From a virus (taxonomy: Duplodnaviria > Caudoviricetes): a stretch of DNA of 46,925 nt. The DNA is taken from the IMG/VR virus record IMGVR_UViG_3300037311_000517, positions 1-46,925 of that record, one strand, 5' to 3'. Of this stretch, positions 43,549-46,925 are shown one piece after another (within the stretch, counting starts at the first letter, position 1; every line of letters starts with the position of its first letter). The notes under the pieces were generated by a model, which saw only the letters and a program-made list of their open reading frames with translations, had not been told where the DNA came from and made no database searches. The position numbers and the translations under genes were made by a program.

Positions 43549-44208
43549 TCATAGCCAGCCGATGACCATTCCAAGCAGGCGCAGTTCCGACAATTCCGCG
43601 ATCGGGACCGATGTCTTCGCCCGTTCTTCGTTATCGCCGACCAGCACCCACGAGTCTCGGCGAATCGCGACGCGGCGAACATCCGTCCGCCCCCACAGCG
43701 AGTAGGCATACACCCCGCCATCGACGACATCCTCGTGGCGTGTAGCGCTGATGTCTACCAGGATGACGGCATGCCGCTTGATTTCGGGTTCCATTGTCCG
43801 CGACTGCTGCGTGACCCAGCGGACATTCTCGATGGGTGTAGCACCCAATTCGCGTCGCAGCATGAGTTCCGGCAGCCAGAGGCGTTCCTGTTCGTCGGCG
43901 CGACCGAAGCCCTGCAATCGCTCGATCACCGCATGGCCTACTGGCGGGTTCGCCCACGCCTCCGGACCATTGACTGAGGCGATGGCGCCTGATTGCAGCA
44001 AGCGGTCATAAGGCTGGCTGATCGACTCTGGCGGGACGCCGAGTATCTTCCCGATCTTGACGGCGTACTCGGCCGGGATCGGGCGCCGTCCGCTTCGCCA
44101 CTGCGCGACGCTGTTGTCGCTGAAGGTGCCGACTTGCGCTGCCAGCGTCCGGCTGCGGATGCGGGTCTGGTCCATCGCAGCGACAAATGCCTCGGTGTAC
44201 TTGTTCAT
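43549..44208 (-). CDS. Second CI-like regulator (HTH + S24-like domain with substituted catalytic residues)
   Basis: HTH SVAQWRSGRRPIP...LGVPPESIS; SRTMEP and DVRRV in place of DSMEP and VKR. Confidence 0.82.
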   Translation of the reverse strand: MNKYTEAFVAAMDQTRIRSRTLAAQVGTFSDNSVAQWRSGRRPIPAEYAVKIGKILGVPPESISQPYDRLLQSGAIASVNGPEAWANPPVGHAVIERLQGFGRADEQERLWLPELMLRRELGATPIENVRWVTQQSRTMEPEIKRHAVILVDISATRHEDVVDGGVYAYSLWGRTDVRRVAIRRDSWVLVGDNEERAKTSVPIAELSELRLLGMVIGWL

Positions 44209-44254
44209 AGGCGTGATCCTACTCGACCCGGCAGGGTGGCGACAGAAATTTGAT

Positions 44255-44290
44255 ATTGCCATTGACAATGCTCCGGGGCAATGGTTTCCT
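44255..44290. promoter_or_regulatory. Divergent promoter/operator between the second repressor and the csrA-like cluster
   Basis: TTGACA at 44262 inside palindrome CATTG-A-CAATG; ATTGCC...GGCAAT inverted repeat; -10 box poor. Confidence 0.5.
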
Positions 44291-44343
44291 TGATGCGCAA
44301 CCGCTGGCTCTCAGTCAGTCGTGGCGACACATGGAGACGCAGG

Positions 44344-44757
44344 ATGCAGGTCGAGACATGCCAAGTCGGGCGCACGCTGCGCCTCGGCGACAACACCCGG
44401 ATCGTGATCCGCCGCCGAGAGGGGGAGCGGGTCTGCGTGGACGTGACAGCGCCGGTCGGCACGAAGCTGATCCTGGGCGGTGCGTCCGTAAACCCGATCT
44501 CGGGAACGATCGGCGTCTGGACCTATTTCTTCTCGCTGCAAGCCCTCCGTCGTTTCCGCCTTGGCCGGTTCGAGGTGTGCATCTGGCTCCCCGGCGAACT
44601 CGTTTCCGATGCGGCCGACTGTGATGACTGGCTGCATATCGGCGTCACGCCTGCCCGCGATGCTCCTCTTGTCCCCCTGCCGGCTCCCGTCACCCCTGTA
44701 CGCCCCCTGTTGCAGGTTGAGGACGACGGGGGCCGGCTTCTTTTCGGGGTTGCCTGA
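44344..44757 (+). CDS. Divergent tandem CsrA-like protein 1
   Basis: VGRTLRLGDNTRIVI....GERV.VDVTAP followed by a second degenerate repeat (FRLGRFEV...LHIGVTP). Confidence 0.7.
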   Translation: MQVETCQVGRTLRLGDNTRIVIRRREGERVCVDVTAPVGTKLILGGASVNPISGTIGVWTYFFSLQALRRFRLGRFEVCIWLPGELVSDAADCDDWLHIGVTPARDAPLVPLPAPVTPVRPLLQVEDDGGRLLFGVA

Positions 44758-45135
44758 ATGCCTGTCTTCGATTGCACTGTGGGCGAATCGCTGAGGATCG
44801 GCAGCGACATTCGCCTGAACTTGACCGGGCGCGTGGACGAGATGCTCTACGTCTTCATCGACGCAGCATCGCGGCACGACCTGGGCGGTGTCGGTGGATT
44901 CCACGCCAGCGCGCCGTGCGGCGTCCGGCGGCGTGCGCATGTGCTGGCGCTGCGCGATCACGAGTCGTTCTCGATCGGCCCTGTCGGCATTACGGTCGAT
45001 GCCGTTCATCTGCGCATACCGGGTGCGCGTGCGCTGCGAGACGTGCGCCTGCACATCGCCCCGTCGTCGCCACTCATCATCGTGCGCCAAGAGCCGTCGC
45101 GTCCCCGCCGTCGTATCCATCGTCTCGCGGGTTGA
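44758..45135 (+). CDS. Divergent tandem CsrA-like protein 2
   Basis: [13 protein letters not shown]...IDA and [12 protein letters not shown]...VRLHI.....IVRQE. Confidence 0.72.
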   Translation: MPVFDCTVGESLRIGSDIRLNLTGRVDEMLYVFIDAASRHDLGGVGGFHASAPCGVRRRAHVLALRDHESFSIGPVGITVDAVHLRIPGARALRDVRLHIAPSSPLIIVRQEPSRPRRRIHRLAG

Positions 45136-45142
45136 TCGTCCC

Positions 45143-45544
45143 ATGTTGGTCCTGACTCGCCGTATCGGCGAAAGCATCCGCATCGGCGACCGCGTGCGCC
45201 TGACGATCCTCTCCAAGCTGCGCGCGCATCTCACGGTCGCGCTGGCCGTGCCCCCGAACATCGCCATCACCGATGACACCGATATGCCGGTCAGTCCCGT
45301 GCGTCGGCGGCATCGTCGCGGTAAGCGGTACTTGATTGCCGTGATGGTCGGCGATTCTCTGCGGATCGGCGACGAGGTGGTCGTGTCTTTCGGCGATGGC
45401 CCCTTCGTCGGCTACCTGGGGCTCGCACGCGGCCGACAAGTTCGGATCGGCATCGACGCCCCGCGCGAAGTCCCAGTCCATCGGGAAGAAGTCTACCAAC
45501 GCATTCAACGCGGGGAATCTGACCCGCGCAGGGAGCGACATTGA
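45143..45544 (+). CDS. csrA: Tandem (two-domain) CsrA/RsmA family RNA-binding protein
   Basis: [16 protein letters not shown]... and [10 protein letters not shown]...[23 protein letters not shown]. Confidence 0.9.
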   Translation: MLVLTRRIGESIRIGDRVRLTILSKLRAHLTVALAVPPNIAITDDTDMPVSPVRRRHRRGKRYLIAVMVGDSLRIGDEVVVSFGDGPFVGYLGLARGRQVRIGIDAPREVPVHREEVYQRIQRGESDPRRERH

Positions 45545-45664
45545 TTGCGCACTCGCCGGCAGGGACGCTTTCAGGACGACAGGACAAGGGTCGAGATCGT
45601 CGCCGATATCGTGCTGCTCTGGGCGCGGGTGGCTTTTGGGATCGTGCTGTATTTCTTCATGTGA
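45545..45664 (+). CDS. Possible 39-aa single-pass membrane protein
   Basis: TTG start after GGGAG; basic N-terminus then IVADIVLLWARVAFGIVLYFFM. Confidence 0.45.
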   Translation: MRTRRQGRFQDDRTRVEIVADIVLLWARVAFGIVLYFFM

Positions 45665-45825
45665 GGCCGCCTCCGATGGCTGGGGTGCGGTATCGTATCC
45701 GCTGGAAACCGCAGCAATATCAGGGAGTTCGGCGAAATGACAGGGGCACAGAACGAAGTCGTAACGCGGGCGCGCCCGCCGCAGACCGATGCAGGAGCAA
45801 AGGCGTCGGCCGTTCAGGTGGCCCC

Positions 45826-46410
45826 ATGACAGCACCTTCTCCGCTCGATCAAGTGAAGCAGGGGCTGCCGCCCCCACCGGATGGCTTCGACTGGACCCTG
45901 TTTCAGAATGCGGTCTTCCTACAGCCCGACCACTGGCATGTCGTGACGAAAGAGGTGCCCTCGACAGCGGTCTTCCAGGGCCGGAGCATCTATGCCACCA
46001 GCCCGGTCCCGTTCTCGGACACGAGACCGTTCGATACGGGGTTGACGCTGGAAGTGCTGAGCGGCATGACATCGCCGACCTGGGTCAGTGCGAAACACTC
46101 TTTCGCGAATTACATCGACGGGTATCTATGCCAAGTTCGAGACGCCGATATTCTGCTGGCGTCCGAAAGGCAACAGCGAGGCATCGACACCGTGGTCGTG
46201 CGCTTTCGTGATACGCGGTTCGATCTGCCGCCGGAGATCGTTCACAAGTTCGCGTTGATCCACCATGAACTCGAAGTGGCGCATGTCTATACGTTTGAGA
46301 CGCCGGAGAGTCTGTGGACGGAACATTGGGCGCGGTACGGCACGCCGATCTTGGGCAACGTCACGATGGTCGCGCCGCAAATGCTCGGCGCTAGGGAGCG
46401 GCCGGCATGA
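45826..46410 (+). CDS. Hypothetical protein
   Basis: AGGTG RBS; globular composition from MTAPSPL; ATGA overlap with the next gene. Start uncertain (ORF is open from 45541). Confidence 0.7.
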   Translation: MTAPSPLDQVKQGLPPPPDGFDWTLFQNAVFLQPDHWHVVTKEVPSTAVFQGRSIYATSPVPFSDTRPFDTGLTLEVLSGMTSPTWVSAKHSFANYIDGYLCQVRDADILLASERQQRGIDTVVVRFRDTRFDLPPEIVHKFALIHHELEVAHVYTFETPESLWTEHWARYGTPILGNVTMVAPQMLGARERPA

Positions 46411-46925
46411 CCGCTGGGAGGAACGACGCCGACGACGGGTGCAAACAAGTGCCGCCAGTCGCACGTCAGAAGCCACCGCCGTTGCCGCGCATCGAATCGG
46501 CGCCACCAAGAGCGCATGTGCCGACGAAGCGCACGATCAGCGTCCTGTTGCTTTTGGCGGAGGTCGTTCAGCTTGAACTGTTGGTGTGGGCGTGGAGGAA
46601 TCTGGATTCGGTGTATCGCTGGAAGGAGTGGGAACACTTCGGGCATGTGGTTGGCTTGACGTTCGGCGTCGTCGGCTTGTTTTGGGTGATCGCGTTGATC
46701 TTCGTGGCGGTCGTCTTCGTGTTGCTGGCGACGGCGGCGGCAGCACTCACAGTGTCCTTCCTGATTCACTTGGTGGCCTCGAACCAGAAAAGAAAAACGC
46801 AGGCTGCGCTGTTTGCATGTGCGGGACTTCCGGCGGGAACAATCGTCGGCCTCTATGTGCTGTTTACGTCAGGGTTTTTCAGCAATCGTCGTCAACCGCC
46901 ACCTGTGCTGGAGCAACGAGCATGA
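46407..46925 (+). CDS. Hypothetical membrane protein
   Basis: GGGAG RBS; 3-4 hydrophobic segments; ends in ATGA, suggesting a coupled next gene outside the window. Confidence 0.7.
   Translation: MTAGRNDADDGCKQVPPVARQKPPPLPRIESAPPRAHVPTKRTISVLLLLAEVVQLELLVWAWRNLDSVYRWKEWEHFGHVVGLTFGVVGLFWVIALIFVAVVFVLLATAAAALTVSFLIHLVASNQKRKTQAALFACAGLPAGTIVGLYVLFTSGFFSNRRQPPPVLEQRA

Noticed and set aside
1-46925. CRISPR array, rRNA, IS/transposase, integrase
   Set aside because: No regularly spaced repeats or corresponding motifs were seen on reading; a computational scan was not possible.

Overview
GC-rich temperate prophage with a short-tailed (podovirus-type) gene layout. The host is probably a xanthomonad such as Lysobacter or Stenotrophomonas; this is inferred from gene content only. 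From left to right: cI/cro switch; replication initiator with an inserted GIY-YIG domain; DnaB helicase; Q antiterminator; an atypical tRNA-fMet-like gene; terminases; portal; a cluster of Cys-rich, partly paralogous proteins including a Calx-beta-repeat protein; scaffold; major capsid; adaptors; a tail nozzle gene flanked by two opposite-strand PD-(D/E)xK nuclease morons; a GNAT-like gene; ejection proteins; a lytic transglycosylase; and a 4805-aa DarB-like polyvalent protein (N6-MTase, SF2 helicase, zincin-like motif, PLxRFG-like C-terminus). The right end carries an accessory regulatory block: a secreted protein, a MASE1 pseudo-kinase, a probably non-cleavable second repressor and three tandem-domain CsrA-like genes. 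No integrase, att site or clear lysis cassette is visible. The best candidates for something new are: (1) a well-formed 106-aa gene nested in the +1 frame inside the giant DarB-like gene; (2) the secreted protein / MASE1 pseudo-kinase / dead repressor / single-chain CsrA module, together with ANGGA motifs at phage ribosome-binding sites; (3) a rod-like RNA leader with a duplicated internal-loop motif before the scaffold gene; (4) the Cys-rich modular appendage cluster. All assignments come from motif reading by eye; no database searches were run.
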